A stretch of 64,000 nt of DNA from Candidatus Poribacteria bacterium. Lineage in GTDB: Bacteria > Poribacteria > WGA-4E > WGA-3G. Of the stretch, positions 31,229 through 40,501 are shown one piece after another. Location of the stretch: assembly GCA_965242965.1 (NCBI GenBank), contig OZ251518.1, positions 5,344,001 through 5,408,000 on the forward strand, written 5' to 3'. The stretch's first letter is position 1. The number at the start of each line of letters is the position of its first letter. The position numbers and the translations under genes are program-made. The notes below the pieces were generated by a model that worked only from the letters and a program-made list of their open reading frames with translations, made no database searches and was not told where the DNA came from.

Positions 31229-31368
31229 TCCTGAAAATCGGTAAATCCTGCGTCAAATTTGCAACAAATCTGCAAAATGTGTTATCATGATAAAAACGTA
31301 GATAAGGTGGAAACGTCGCTCGCGTAAGTTTTCTACCTTTTGCCAACAACAAAAATAGGAGTCACTGA

Positions 31369-32538
31369 ATGCCAGAATTGTATCAGCCAAAGCCGGAACA
31401 TAAATTTACTTTTGGATTGTGGACGGTGGGGAACCCCGGCCGCGACCCGTTTGGGGATGTCGTCAGGCCTCCCTTGGCTCCGACTTATACCGTTGAAAAA
31501 TTAAGCGAATTGGGTGCCTATGGTGTCAACTTACACGACAATGACCTGGTTCCCTTCGATGCTTCCGCTGCGGAGCGCGATAAAATCGTCACCGAATTCA
31601 AAAAGGCACTCAAAGACCATGGGCTAAAAGTGCCGATGGCCACGACGAACCTCTTCTATCATCCGATTTTCAAAGATGGCGCGTTTACCTCGAACGACCC
31701 GAGGGTGCGGGCGTTCGCAATCCAGAAAACTTTGAACGCGATCGACCTCGGGGTGGAACTCGGCGCAACAGTCTATGTCTTCTGGGGCGGCCGCGAAGGC
31801 GCGGAAGTCGATGCCGCTAAAAACGGACCCGATACCCTCAAGTGGAACCGCGAGGCGATGAACTTTTTCACGCACTACGTCAAAGACCAGGGTTACAACC
31901 TCCGATTCGCATTGGAGGCGAAGCCGAACGAACCGCGCGGCGACATTTACCTGCCGACAACCGGACACATGCTCCACTTCATTGAGACGTTGGACCACCC
32001 GGAGATGGTAGGCGTTAATCCTGAATTCGCGCATGAAACGATGGCGGGCCTGAGTTTCATCCACGGGGTCGCGCAGGCGTATGAGGCAGGGAAACTCTTC
32101 CACATCGATCTGAATGACCAGAAGATGAGCCGGTTTGACCAGGATTTGCGGTTCGGTTCTGAAAACATCAAAGGCGCGTTCTTCCTTGTCAAATTCCTTG
32201 AGGATACTGGGTGGGACGGCTGCCGCCATTTCGACGCGCACGCCTACCGCACCGAAGATGAACAGGGGGTCTGGGACTTCGCCGCGGGGTGCATGCGCAG
32301 TTACTTGATTCTCAAGGAGAAGGCACGCCGCTTCAACGAAGACGCGGAAATTCAGGGTATCTTATCGCAATTGCAGGCGCGCGATGCGGAACTTGAGGGG
32401 TTGATGGGCAACTATAGTGCCAAGAACGCTGGCAAACTGCGGGCGATTGATTTCAAACCGGAGACGCTCGCGCAGCAAGGGCTTGGCTATGAGAAGCTCG
32501 ATCAACTCACATTTGAAATTTTGACCGGGGTCAGATAG
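31369..32538 (+). CDS. xylA: Xylose isomerase (short, class I type)
   Basis: [47 protein letters not shown]. Confidence 0.96.
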   Translation: MPELYQPKPEHKFTFGLWTVGNPGRDPFGDVVRPPLAPTYTVEKLSELGAYGVNLHDNDLVPFDASAAERDKIVTEFKKALKDHGLKVPMATTNLFYHPIFKDGAFTSNDPRVRAFAIQKTLNAIDLGVELGATVYVFWGGREGAEVDAAKNGPDTLKWNREAMNFFTHYVKDQGYNLRFALEAKPNEPRGDIYLPTTGHMLHFIETLDHPEMVGVNPEFAHETMAGLSFIHGVAQAYEAGKLFHIDLNDQKMSRFDQDLRFGSENIKGAFFLVKFLEDTGWDGCRHFDAHAYRTEDEQGVWDFAAGCMRSYLILKEKARRFNEDAEIQGILSQLQARDAELEGLMGNYSAKNAGKLRAIDFKPETLAQQGLGYEKLDQLTFEILTGVR

Positions 32539-32544
32539 TTCTCG

Positions 32545-33275
32545 GTGGTAGGAGAGACTTCCCGGTCTCGATGCAATACCGTAGGTTCTTTCGCTGTAGC
32601 GCGGGGGCCTGTCCCCCGCGATCTTGAAACGTTCTTTTCACCGTAGCGCGGGGGCCTGTCCCCCGCGATCTCAAAATTAATCGAGACCGGGAGGTCTCTC
32701 CTACGGGAAAATCGGGTGCCTGTCCCCCGCGATCTTGATGGGGTGCTCCTCACGTCTGTAGTTCGGGAGCGCCCGCTCCCGAACGGATCAGGATCAGGCG
32801 ATCCTGAACTACAGAGAGGGGGGCGATGCCTGCTGGTAGGAGGGACATCCTTGTCCCGGTAGTTTAAAAATCGAGACTAGGAGGTCTCTCCTACGGGAAA
32901 AGGCGGGGGCCTGTCCCCCGCGAGCTCGAAGCGTTTTTTTCCCGTAGCGCGGGGGCCTGTCCCCCGCGATCGTTGGCATGGCGAGGGACAGGCCCTCGCC
33001 CTACGTGAAGGGGCGGCGTTTTTTTATTCGTAGCGCGGGGGCCTGTCCCCCGCGATCTCGATGGGGTGCTCCTCACGTCTGTAGTTCGGGAGCGCCCGCT
33101 CCCGAACGGATCAGGATCAGGCGATCCTGAACTACAGAGAGGGGGCGATGCCTGCCGGTAGGAGGGACATCCTTGTCCCGATAGTTTAAAAATCGAGACC
33201 GGGAGGTCTCTCCTACGGTATTGCATCGAGACCAGGAGGTCTCTCCTACCGGAAGAGGTGGGCCTGTCCCCCGCG
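32545..33275. repeat. Large REP-like hairpin array with an internal ~178-bp duplication
   Basis: About 19 GTAG/CTAC-bounded hairpins; block 32718-32896 is repeated at 33041-33218. Confidence 0.92.
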
Positions 33276-33300
33276 AACCCTAAACCATCGGAAACCGCTT

Positions 33301-35238
33301 ATGAATACGCTTATTATCGCCGTTCTGAGTTTCGTCGGGTTCATTATCGCCTACCATACTTATGGCAAGTGGCTCGCCCGCAAGATTTTCGGTTTAGATG
33401 CGCACGCAACGGTGCCGAGTCAGGAACTGCGCGATGATGTCGACTACGTTCCTACCAAAAAGGAGATTATCTTCGGGCACCATTTCACGAGTATCGCTGG
33501 CACGGGCCCGATTGTCGGACCCGCCATCGCCGTGTTTTGGGGCTGGCTGCCAGCGTTGCTTTGGGTGATACTCGGCTCGATTTTCATTGGTGCTGTGCAT
33601 GACTTCGGCTCGCTCGTCGTCTCACTGCGCAATCGCGGACAAAGCATCGGCGAAGTCGCCGGTAGAATGATAGCACCTCGCGCCAAATTCCTCTTCCTTT
33701 TCGTCCTCTTCGCGGGATTAACCATCGTCCTCGCCATTTTCGGCCTCGTCATCGCCCTGATTTTCTCCTATTATCCGGAATCGGTGCTATCAGTGTGGGT
33801 AGAAATTCCGCTGGCTATTGTCATCGGGCTCTGGATTTATCGGCGAGGCGGTAATATCCTATGGCCCTCCATCATCGCCCTCGGCGTGATGTATATCGCC
33901 ATGGGGCTCGGTGCTTATGTGCTGCCGATTGACTTAGGGCAGTGGTTCGGCATTCCGCTGCTTGGGCAGACTTACATGAGCGTTGTCGTCATCTGGACGC
34001 TGGTGCTGTTTATCTATTGCTTCATTGCCTCCGTGCTGCCGGTTTGGACGCTTCTCCAACCGCGCGATTTTATCAACAGCCACGAATTGGTATTGGCACT
34101 GATTTTGTTAGTGCTTGGGCTCGGTGTCGCCGGGTTGACAGGCCAGGCAGACCTGGCTGCTTCTGCGCCTGCTATCGCATCGGATATCCCGCCGGATGCG
34201 CCGCCGATCTGGCCCTTCCTCTTTATTACGATTGCGTGCGGCGCGGTCAGCGGTTTCCACTGCATGGTAAGTTCCGGCACTTCCAGCAAACAGGTTGCGT
34301 CCGAAGGCGATGCGCAATATGTCGGATACGGCGCGATGTTGCTTGAGGGTGGGCTTGCGGTTGTGGTGATTCTCGCTTGTTGTGCTGGCATCGGGATGGG
34401 GATTTTTAATCGGACTGGCACCGGGGCGGACTATAGGTTTGAGGCGATTACGCAAGTAGCGCGCTCTGAAAGCGCGCCTACCGCGGGAGCAGAGATGGCG
34501 GCGGTGGTTGTCGGGCATGATGCTTGGCGAACCCGTTACGCGACGCAAACCACGGTGACAAACGCCGATGGCACGACTACCGTCAAAGGCGGTTGGGCAA
34601 GCCACGCTCTCAAACAGAAAGTGAGTGCTTTCGTTGATGGCGGCGGGAATTTCCTCGCCACGCTTGGCATTCCGCTGAAGATGGGCATTGCGATTATGGC
34701 CGTGCTTGTCGCCAGTTTCGCCGCGACGACGCTAGATACGGCGACGCGTCTCCAACGCTATGTTATCCAAGAACTTGCGCAGACTGCCAACATCAAACCC
34801 TTGCAGAATCGGTATATTGCCACGGTCTTCGCGTTAGTGCTCGCCGCGGCGGTTGCTTTGTTACAAGGACCGGGTGGCCCCGGCAGCGGCGGCTTAACCC
34901 TCTGGCCCCTCTTCGGCGCGACGAATCAACTCTTGGCGGGACTCGCATTTATGGTGATTGTCTTCTATCTCCTGCGTCGAAACAAGCCGATTTGGTTCGC
35001 GCTCTTACCGATGATAGTCATGCTCGTCATGCCCGCGTGGGCAATGCTCCATCAAATGTTCAATCCGCAAACAGGGTGGCTGTTTACGGGGAAGTATTTG
35101 CTCTTCGGATTTGGTGTTGTCGTGGAGGCCTTGCAAGGGTGGATGATAGTTGAGGGTATCATTGCTTGGCGCGAGGCGCGCGGGAATTATCCGGAACTTC
35201 CACCGTTGGAGACGCTTGCTGCAAGGGGTGAGGCGTAG
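33301..35238 (+). CDS. cstA: Carbon starvation protein A family transporter
   Basis: FGHHFTSIAGTGPIVGP, LLQPRDFIN, FITIACGAVSGFH, WPLFGATNQLLA. Confidence 0.93.
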   Translation: MNTLIIAVLSFVGFIIAYHTYGKWLARKIFGLDAHATVPSQELRDDVDYVPTKKEIIFGHHFTSIAGTGPIVGPAIAVFWGWLPALLWVILGSIFIGAVHDFGSLVVSLRNRGQSIGEVAGRMIAPRAKFLFLFVLFAGLTIVLAIFGLVIALIFSYYPESVLSVWVEIPLAIVIGLWIYRRGGNILWPSIIALGVMYIAMGLGAYVLPIDLGQWFGIPLLGQTYMSVVVIWTLVLFIYCFIASVLPVWTLLQPRDFINSHELVLALILLVLGLGVAGLTGQADLAASAPAIASDIPPDAPPIWPFLFITIACGAVSGFHCMVSSGTSSKQVASEGDAQYVGYGAMLLEGGLAVVVILACCAGIGMGIFNRTGTGADYRFEAITQVARSESAPTAGAEMAAVVVGHDAWRTRYATQTTVTNADGTTTVKGGWASHALKQKVSAFVDGGGNFLATLGIPLKMGIAIMAVLVASFAATTLDTATRLQRYVIQELAQTANIKPLQNRYIATVFALVLAAAVALLQGPGGPGSGGLTLWPLFGATNQLLAGLAFMVIVFYLLRRNKPIWFALLPMIVMLVMPAWAMLHQMFNPQTGWLFTGKYLLFGFGVVVEALQGWMIVEGIIAWREARGNYPELPPLETLAARGEA

Positions 35239-35269
35239 TATCAAATAACATAGAAAAGTGAGGGGGACG

Positions 35270-35500
35270 CGCATCGGGCCCCCTCTGTAGTTTGGGAGCA
35301 ATTGAGTTGCTCGTCAATAACGCTAGCGATGTCGGCATCGGGCCCACCTCTGTAGTTCGGGAGCGCCCGCTCCCGAACGGTTCAGGAGCAGGTGCTCCTG
35401 AACTACTTTAGGGAGAGTCTATTGTTCATCTTCAGTGGGGGCATCGAGACCGGGAGGTCTCTCCTACGGGAAGAATTCGAGACCGGGAGGTCTCTCCTAC
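35270..35500. repeat. REP-like hairpin cluster
   Basis: GTAGTTCGGGAGCGCCCGCTCCCGAAC...GAACTAC doublet and 2x TCGAGACCGGGAGGTCTCTCCTAC. Confidence 0.85.
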
Positions 35501-35563
35501 CTCAAACGGCACCGTTCTGGTCCTCGCAAAAACCTCCTTCCCACCTTTTTTCTAAAATTTAAC

Positions 35564-35593
35564 TTGACATCAAAACCCTTCATAAGGTATCAT
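35564..35593 (+). promoter_or_regulatory. Sigma70-type promoter for the S55 peptidase operon
   Basis: TTGACA-N18-TATCAT. Confidence 0.5.
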
Positions 35594-35677
35594 ATTATAT
35601 TATGCGCATTTGTTGCGAAAAAGAGACGCGAAATCGCTATAAAACCGAAATACGATAACAGAAAAGGAGTGAACATT

Positions 35678-37558
35678 GTGAAAAAGGCAACCTGGCTCTG
35701 CGCAATCGTGATGGTATTATCCTTCACGGCACTTCACGGCTACGCAGAGATTAAATGGGACGCGGAGAAGTTTATGCCGCTCACCGAAGTCGAAATCGGC
35801 ATGGAAGGCAAAGGCTATACCGTATTCTCCGGGGTAACCGTCGAAGAATTCGACTTTGAAGTTGTAAGCGTTGAATATAACTTCCTCCCGGGGTGGCATG
35901 TCGTCTGGTGTAAAGGGCTGAGCGACAACTTTAAGCGGACCGGTGTCGCGGGCGGCATGAGCGGCAGCCCGTGCTATATCAATGGACGACTCATGGGGGC
36001 CCTCTCGCTTGGGCATTTTAACCAGCGTGAACATGCCAATCTTTTTGGCGTAACGCCGTTTGAATTAATGGTGGCAGTCGCGGCACGCGGCATGCAGCCT
36101 AAGCTGAGTTACGAAGGCAGGCAGCTCTTTAACCTCAACTCGGCACAGGTGGAGGAAGGCCTGGATATGGGGCCCTCTCTCTTCGGCGATGGCAAGATGC
36201 CCCAGAGGCAGCGGCCGTTTGACCTGGGGCTTTTGGATAGCATCTCCGATGCATCGGCTCCAGGCCATGCCGCGCGCTTGGCGATTCCAGTCGCGATGCC
36301 GGCACTGAATTCGGACATGATGCGGTTTATCAAACCGCTGTTTGACACACTCAATTTTGAGCCGCTCCAAGCAGTAGGTGGTGGCAGTCCTGTCAAAGAA
36401 TCGCCTATTGAAGAAGGACAGATAGTCGGCATGGAAATCGTCCGCGGCGCGCTCTCATTTTTTGGCTACGGCACCATTACTTATGTCGATGGCGACGAGC
36501 TGCTCGCTTACGGGCATGCCTCATCCGGTGAAGGCCATGTCAATCTGCCGATGTCGGGTGGGTATGTGCATTTTATTTTGCCGAGCCGCAGCCGTTCCAG
36601 CAAATATGCATCTCCGACGCAGTTAATCGGAACCCGTGTCCAAGACCGGGATCCGGCCATCGCCGGCGTTATCGGGAAACATCCGCCTTATGTTCCGGTA
36701 AATATGAACGTTGAAACAAGCGATGGGCAACAGCGCGATACCTACTATGAAGTCATTCGGCACCGCAGTTTCACCCCACTTTATACCGGATTCGCTGCGT
36801 GGTTCATCATGGATTCGCTTGATTTCTATCAGGGAGATCACACGCTGAATCTCGGTGCGACGATTACCTTGAAGGAACAGCCGGGGCTCACCTCGCGGGA
36901 ACTCGTTTTCAAGAACACTTTTTCCTCTAGCGGTTCGCCGGGGTTCGGTGTCATGCAGACGCTGATGCAGCCGATGTTCCAACTCATTGGTAATACCTAT
37001 ACGAAGGTGGAAGTGGAGAACGTCACCCTCGATATGAAAATAGAGGACAAACGGCGGACAGCGGTGATTGAGAGCCTCAGCGTTGATAAACTCCGCTACC
37101 GTCCGGGGGAAACTGTCGAGGTGGAGATGGTGGTGCGTCCTTACCTTGAAGCACCGATGACGCAAACAGGAACGATTACGATTCCCAAGGATACGCCGGA
37201 TGGGCAAGTCACGCTGCTTGCCACGAACGCTAATTTCCATGAATTCTGGCAGCGTTCCCGCGCGCCGCTAAATTTCCGCCCGAAAAACATCAACCATCTC
37301 GTTGAACTCCTGCAACGTGGGGAGAGCAACGCTGATGTTATCCTTGAACTCTTTGTCCCGCAGCCGGGGCTTACTGTCCAAGGACAAGAATTTTCCGATC
37401 TGCCGACTTCCGTGATGTCCGTGATGAACACGGCGAAGCAGGTGGGCGAAAGCGGCTACACGATGGGCACGACGCTAGAAATTGACAAGGTCGCGACGGA
37501 TTACGTTATCTTCGGGAGCGGCATCATCCGCTTTGTAGTTGATAGAAACGCGCGATAG
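35678..37558 (+). CDS. Secreted SpoIVB-like peptidase (S55 family)
   Basis: AAGGAG SD + GTG, signal peptide, GVAGGMSGSP, FGYGTITY..LLAYGH. Confidence 0.85.
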   Translation: MKKATWLCAIVMVLSFTALHGYAEIKWDAEKFMPLTEVEIGMEGKGYTVFSGVTVEEFDFEVVSVEYNFLPGWHVVWCKGLSDNFKRTGVAGGMSGSPCYINGRLMGALSLGHFNQREHANLFGVTPFELMVAVAARGMQPKLSYEGRQLFNLNSAQVEEGLDMGPSLFGDGKMPQRQRPFDLGLLDSISDASAPGHAARLAIPVAMPALNSDMMRFIKPLFDTLNFEPLQAVGGGSPVKESPIEEGQIVGMEIVRGALSFFGYGTITYVDGDELLAYGHASSGEGHVNLPMSGGYVHFILPSRSRSSKYASPTQLIGTRVQDRDPAIAGVIGKHPPYVPVNMNVETSDGQQRDTYYEVIRHRSFTPLYTGFAAWFIMDSLDFYQGDHTLNLGATITLKEQPGLTSRELVFKNTFSSSGSPGFGVMQTLMQPMFQLIGNTYTKVEVENVTLDMKIEDKRRTAVIESLSVDKLRYRPGETVEVEMVVRPYLEAPMTQTGTITIPKDTPDGQVTLLATNANFHEFWQRSRAPLNFRPKNINHLVELLQRGESNADVILELFVPQPGLTVQGQEFSDLPTSVMSVMNTAKQVGESGYTMGTTLEIDKVATDYVIFGSGIIRFVVDRNAR

Positions 37559-37604
37559 ATGCAAAATAGTTCCGAAACCCCAACATCCATTAAAGGAGAT
37601 TACC

Positions 37605-39764
37605 TTGAAAAACCTAACTTACCGCACGCTTTGCGTAATGACAACAGGGCTCGTCTTGATAGTCCTAATCTATGCCGGCACCGCCGCTGCTGTGAAAACA
37701 TCGCTGTGGGAGCAGCAACAGCGGTCGGATTTTGATGCCGGCACACCGAAAAACCTCTCGCTCACCAGCAACGGGGATGTCATGTTGGCACCCAAGATAG
37801 AGGGGTTCACGAAACTGAAAGAGAACCAGGTTTGGGCACTCGTCGAAGATTCGGCGGGGAACCTCTATGCCGCGACGGGGAACGAGGGGAAAATCTATAA
37901 AATTAGCGCGGGCGGCGATACCGCCGAGCTCTTTTACGATTCTCCCGAAGTGACTATCTATAGCCTCGCTATCGCCGCGGACGATACCCTCTACGCCGGC
38001 ACCGGACCGGATGGGCTCATTTACAAACTCACTGATGCAACCACCCCGCCACAGACGATTCTGAGCAAAGGGGATAAATATGTGTGGGCCCTGCGTTTTG
38101 ACGCAGCAGGCAACCTCTATGCCGCGACCGGCACCGATGGCAAGATTTACAAAATCACGCCGGAAGGTGAATCCAGCGTCTTGTTTGATGCCGAAGAAAA
38201 AAACATCATGGCATTGCTGATGGTGGAAGATGGGTTCTACGCCGGCAGTAGCAACAACGGCATCATCTACCGTGTCATGGCGGATGGCAAAGCAACCGTT
38301 ATCTACCAAGCGAAAGAGAAAGAGGTGCGCGATTTGGCGATGGATAGCCAAGGCAATCTTTACGCCGCTGTCGTCACCTCCGCGCCCGCGGAACCGGGCC
38401 GGGGACGGCGTTCAAACGGCCCGCCTACGCCGGCAGGCCCTCCGCCACCAGGTGGCGGCCCGCCTGAAGAGAACGCCTCTAACATCTACAAGATTCGTCC
38501 GGATGGCACGGCGATGCCTGTCTGGAATTCGCCTGAGCCGCTTATCCTCGCCATTGTGCTGGAAAGCGATACGCAAATCCTGGTCGGCACGGGTGACGAA
38601 GGGAAACTATACCGTGTCAACCTGATGAACGGTGAGTCTGTGGAGCTCGGCAAGGCATCGGCGAACCAGGTGCTGGCGATTCATCAGAGAGAGGTGGAGG
38701 GTAACCTGCGCACGCTTCTCGCTACCGGCAATCCGGGCAAACTCTTCACGTTGACGGCGACGTATGTTGAGGAAGGCACGCTGGAGTCCGAAGTCCATGA
38801 TACGCGGAGTTTGTCGCGTTGGGGTAAACTTTCGTGGGAAGGCGCGATGGCGGAAGGCACCGCGGTTGAGTTTTCTACCCGTTCCGGGAAGACGCGCAAG
38901 CCTGATGATACGTGGAGCCCCTGGTCTGACGCATTGACGACAGCGGAGGGTTCGCAGATTCCGAGCCCGGATGGACAGTATATCCAGTGGCGCGCCAAGT
39001 TCACGACGAGTGACGCGATGCAAACGCCTATCCTCAAAAAGGTTACGCTTGCTTCTGTGCAGACGAACATCGAACCGAAGTTTAGCAGCATTGAGATAAA
39101 CGACGGTAGCGGTTCCGGTGCCGACAAAGGGCGGCGCGGCTCCGGCGGCGGTGGATTGCCCCCACCCGGGATGCGTTCCGGCGGCGACAGCGGCATGTCA
39201 AACAGTTCCGCTGACGCGCCCTCCAAAAAGTGGAAAATCAGCTGGAAGGTCGAGGATGCCAATGAGGACACGCTGCAGTATACCCTCTACTACAAAGGCG
39301 TAGAGGAGACGAACTGGAAGCGCGTCAAAAAGGAATTGTCAAAAGCGAACTACGATTGGGACATTACCGCCGTTGCAGATGGCAGGTATACCCTGAAAGT
39401 CGTCGCGACGGACAAACTGAGCAATCCGGTCGGCTGGGCGAAATCGGCGGAGAAGGTTAGCCAACCCTTTGATATCGATAACACGCAGCCCGATGTCGGC
39501 GCGATTCAGGTTACGGCGAACGGCGATGGCACCTACAAAATCGCCTGTGACGTGATGGATGCGATGAGCCCTATCAAGCAAGCCGTTTACAAGATCGATG
39601 ATGACGAGAATTGGAAAGTCATCTTCCCGGGCGATGGCATCTTCGATTCCAAGTCGGAGCAGCTTCTGTTGGAGACAGGTGAGCTTGAGGCAGGCGCGCA
39701 CACCATCATTATTCAGGTGACGGATCGTGCGCAGAACATGTCTGTCGGCCGCGCCAGTTTCTAG
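37605..39764 (+). CDS. Secreted beta-propeller/Ig-like protein partnered with the S55 peptidase
   Basis: AAGGAG SD + TTG, signal peptide, repeated GNLYAATG.DGKIYKI blades, W+PWS, C-terminal DG.YT.KV.ATD beta-sandwiches. Confidence 0.75.
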   Translation: MKNLTYRTLCVMTTGLVLIVLIYAGTAAAVKTSLWEQQQRSDFDAGTPKNLSLTSNGDVMLAPKIEGFTKLKENQVWALVEDSAGNLYAATGNEGKIYKISAGGDTAELFYDSPEVTIYSLAIAADDTLYAGTGPDGLIYKLTDATTPPQTILSKGDKYVWALRFDAAGNLYAATGTDGKIYKITPEGESSVLFDAEEKNIMALLMVEDGFYAGSSNNGIIYRVMADGKATVIYQAKEKEVRDLAMDSQGNLYAAVVTSAPAEPGRGRRSNGPPTPAGPPPPGGGPPEENASNIYKIRPDGTAMPVWNSPEPLILAIVLESDTQILVGTGDEGKLYRVNLMNGESVELGKASANQVLAIHQREVEGNLRTLLATGNPGKLFTLTATYVEEGTLESEVHDTRSLSRWGKLSWEGAMAEGTAVEFSTRSGKTRKPDDTWSPWSDALTTAEGSQIPSPDGQYIQWRAKFTTSDAMQTPILKKVTLASVQTNIEPKFSSIEINDGSGSGADKGRRGSGGGGLPPPGMRSGGDSGMSNSSADAPSKKWKISWKVEDANEDTLQYTLYYKGVEETNWKRVKKELSKANYDWDITAVADGRYTLKVVATDKLSNPVGWAKSAEKVSQPFDIDNTQPDVGAIQVTANGDGTYKIACDVMDAMSPIKQAVYKIDDDENWKVIFPGDGIFDSKSEQLLLETGELEAGAHTIIIQVTDRAQNMSVGRASF

Positions 39765-39789
39765 CAATAACGAAGGCCGCCGTTTCCAC

Positions 39790-40350
39790 CGTAGCGCGAG
39801 GGCCTGTCCCTCGCGACCGTTCGGTCGAGACGAAAACCGTCCATTCACCGTAGCGCGAGGGCCCTCGGATGCCATACGCGCATCCGAGCGGGTTTCCCTC
39901 GCGATCGTCCAAGTCTGAAGCAGGATTTTCAAGATTTTCCAGATTTTCAGGATAAGAGTCGGCTGCATCGTCATGCGCGGCATGGCGGGGGACAGGCCCC
40001 CGCCCTACGGTAATAGAAACGCTTCTTCCACCGTAGCGCGAGGGCCTGTCCCTCGCGATCCCCCGGTCAAGACGAAAACCGCCCATTCACCGTAGCGCGA
40101 GGGCCTGTTCCTCGCGATCGTTGGGGTGCCAAGCACGTTTTCCTTAGCTCGCAGCATGGCGGGGGACAGGCCCCCGCCCTACGGTAACAGGACCGCCCGT
40201 TACCGTAGCGCGAGGGCCTGTCCCTCGCGATCGTTGGGGTGCCAAGCACGTTTTCCTTAGCTCGCAGCATGGCGGGGGAAACCCTCTCGCATGCGCGTGT
40301 GGCATGCGAGGGCCCCCGCCCTACGGTAAATGACCGCCCTCGCGCTACGA
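39790..40350. repeat. REP-like composite array upstream of the adhesin
   Basis: Repeated GTAGCGCGAGGGCCTGTCCCTCGCGA and GGCGGGGGACAGGCCCCCGCCCTAC, plus a CAGGATTTT tandem module. Confidence 0.9.
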
Positions 40351-40360
40351 TAACGAAAAT

Positions 40361-40410
40361 TAAAAAAAAACGAAAAAAATTTGACATTTTTTACGTATTT
40401 ATGATATTAT
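40361..40410 (+). promoter_or_regulatory. Strong sigma70-type promoter for the adhesin
   Basis: A-tract UP-like element, TTGACA (40381)-N18-TATTAT (40405) with extended TG. Confidence 0.65.
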
Positions 40411-40501
40411 ATCTATCAACACCGCTACGGTAGGAGAAATACCATATCAGGACAAGGATGTCCCGCCTACCAATAGCCAAAATATGTAGAGAGGAAAAAC
40501 A

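Noticed and set aside
32502-33226. Small ORFs rich in RGTGPRAT / RRDLPVS (also at 4156, 8824, 18128, 39709, 40067, 47009-47886, 50974-51672)
   Set aside because: These are translations of REP arrays with no SD or domain signal.
35435-35677. Long N-terminal extension of the S55 peptidase with SRPGGLSY repeats
   Set aside because: It spans intergenic REPs and the promoter; the start is GTG 35678 with an SD and signal peptide.
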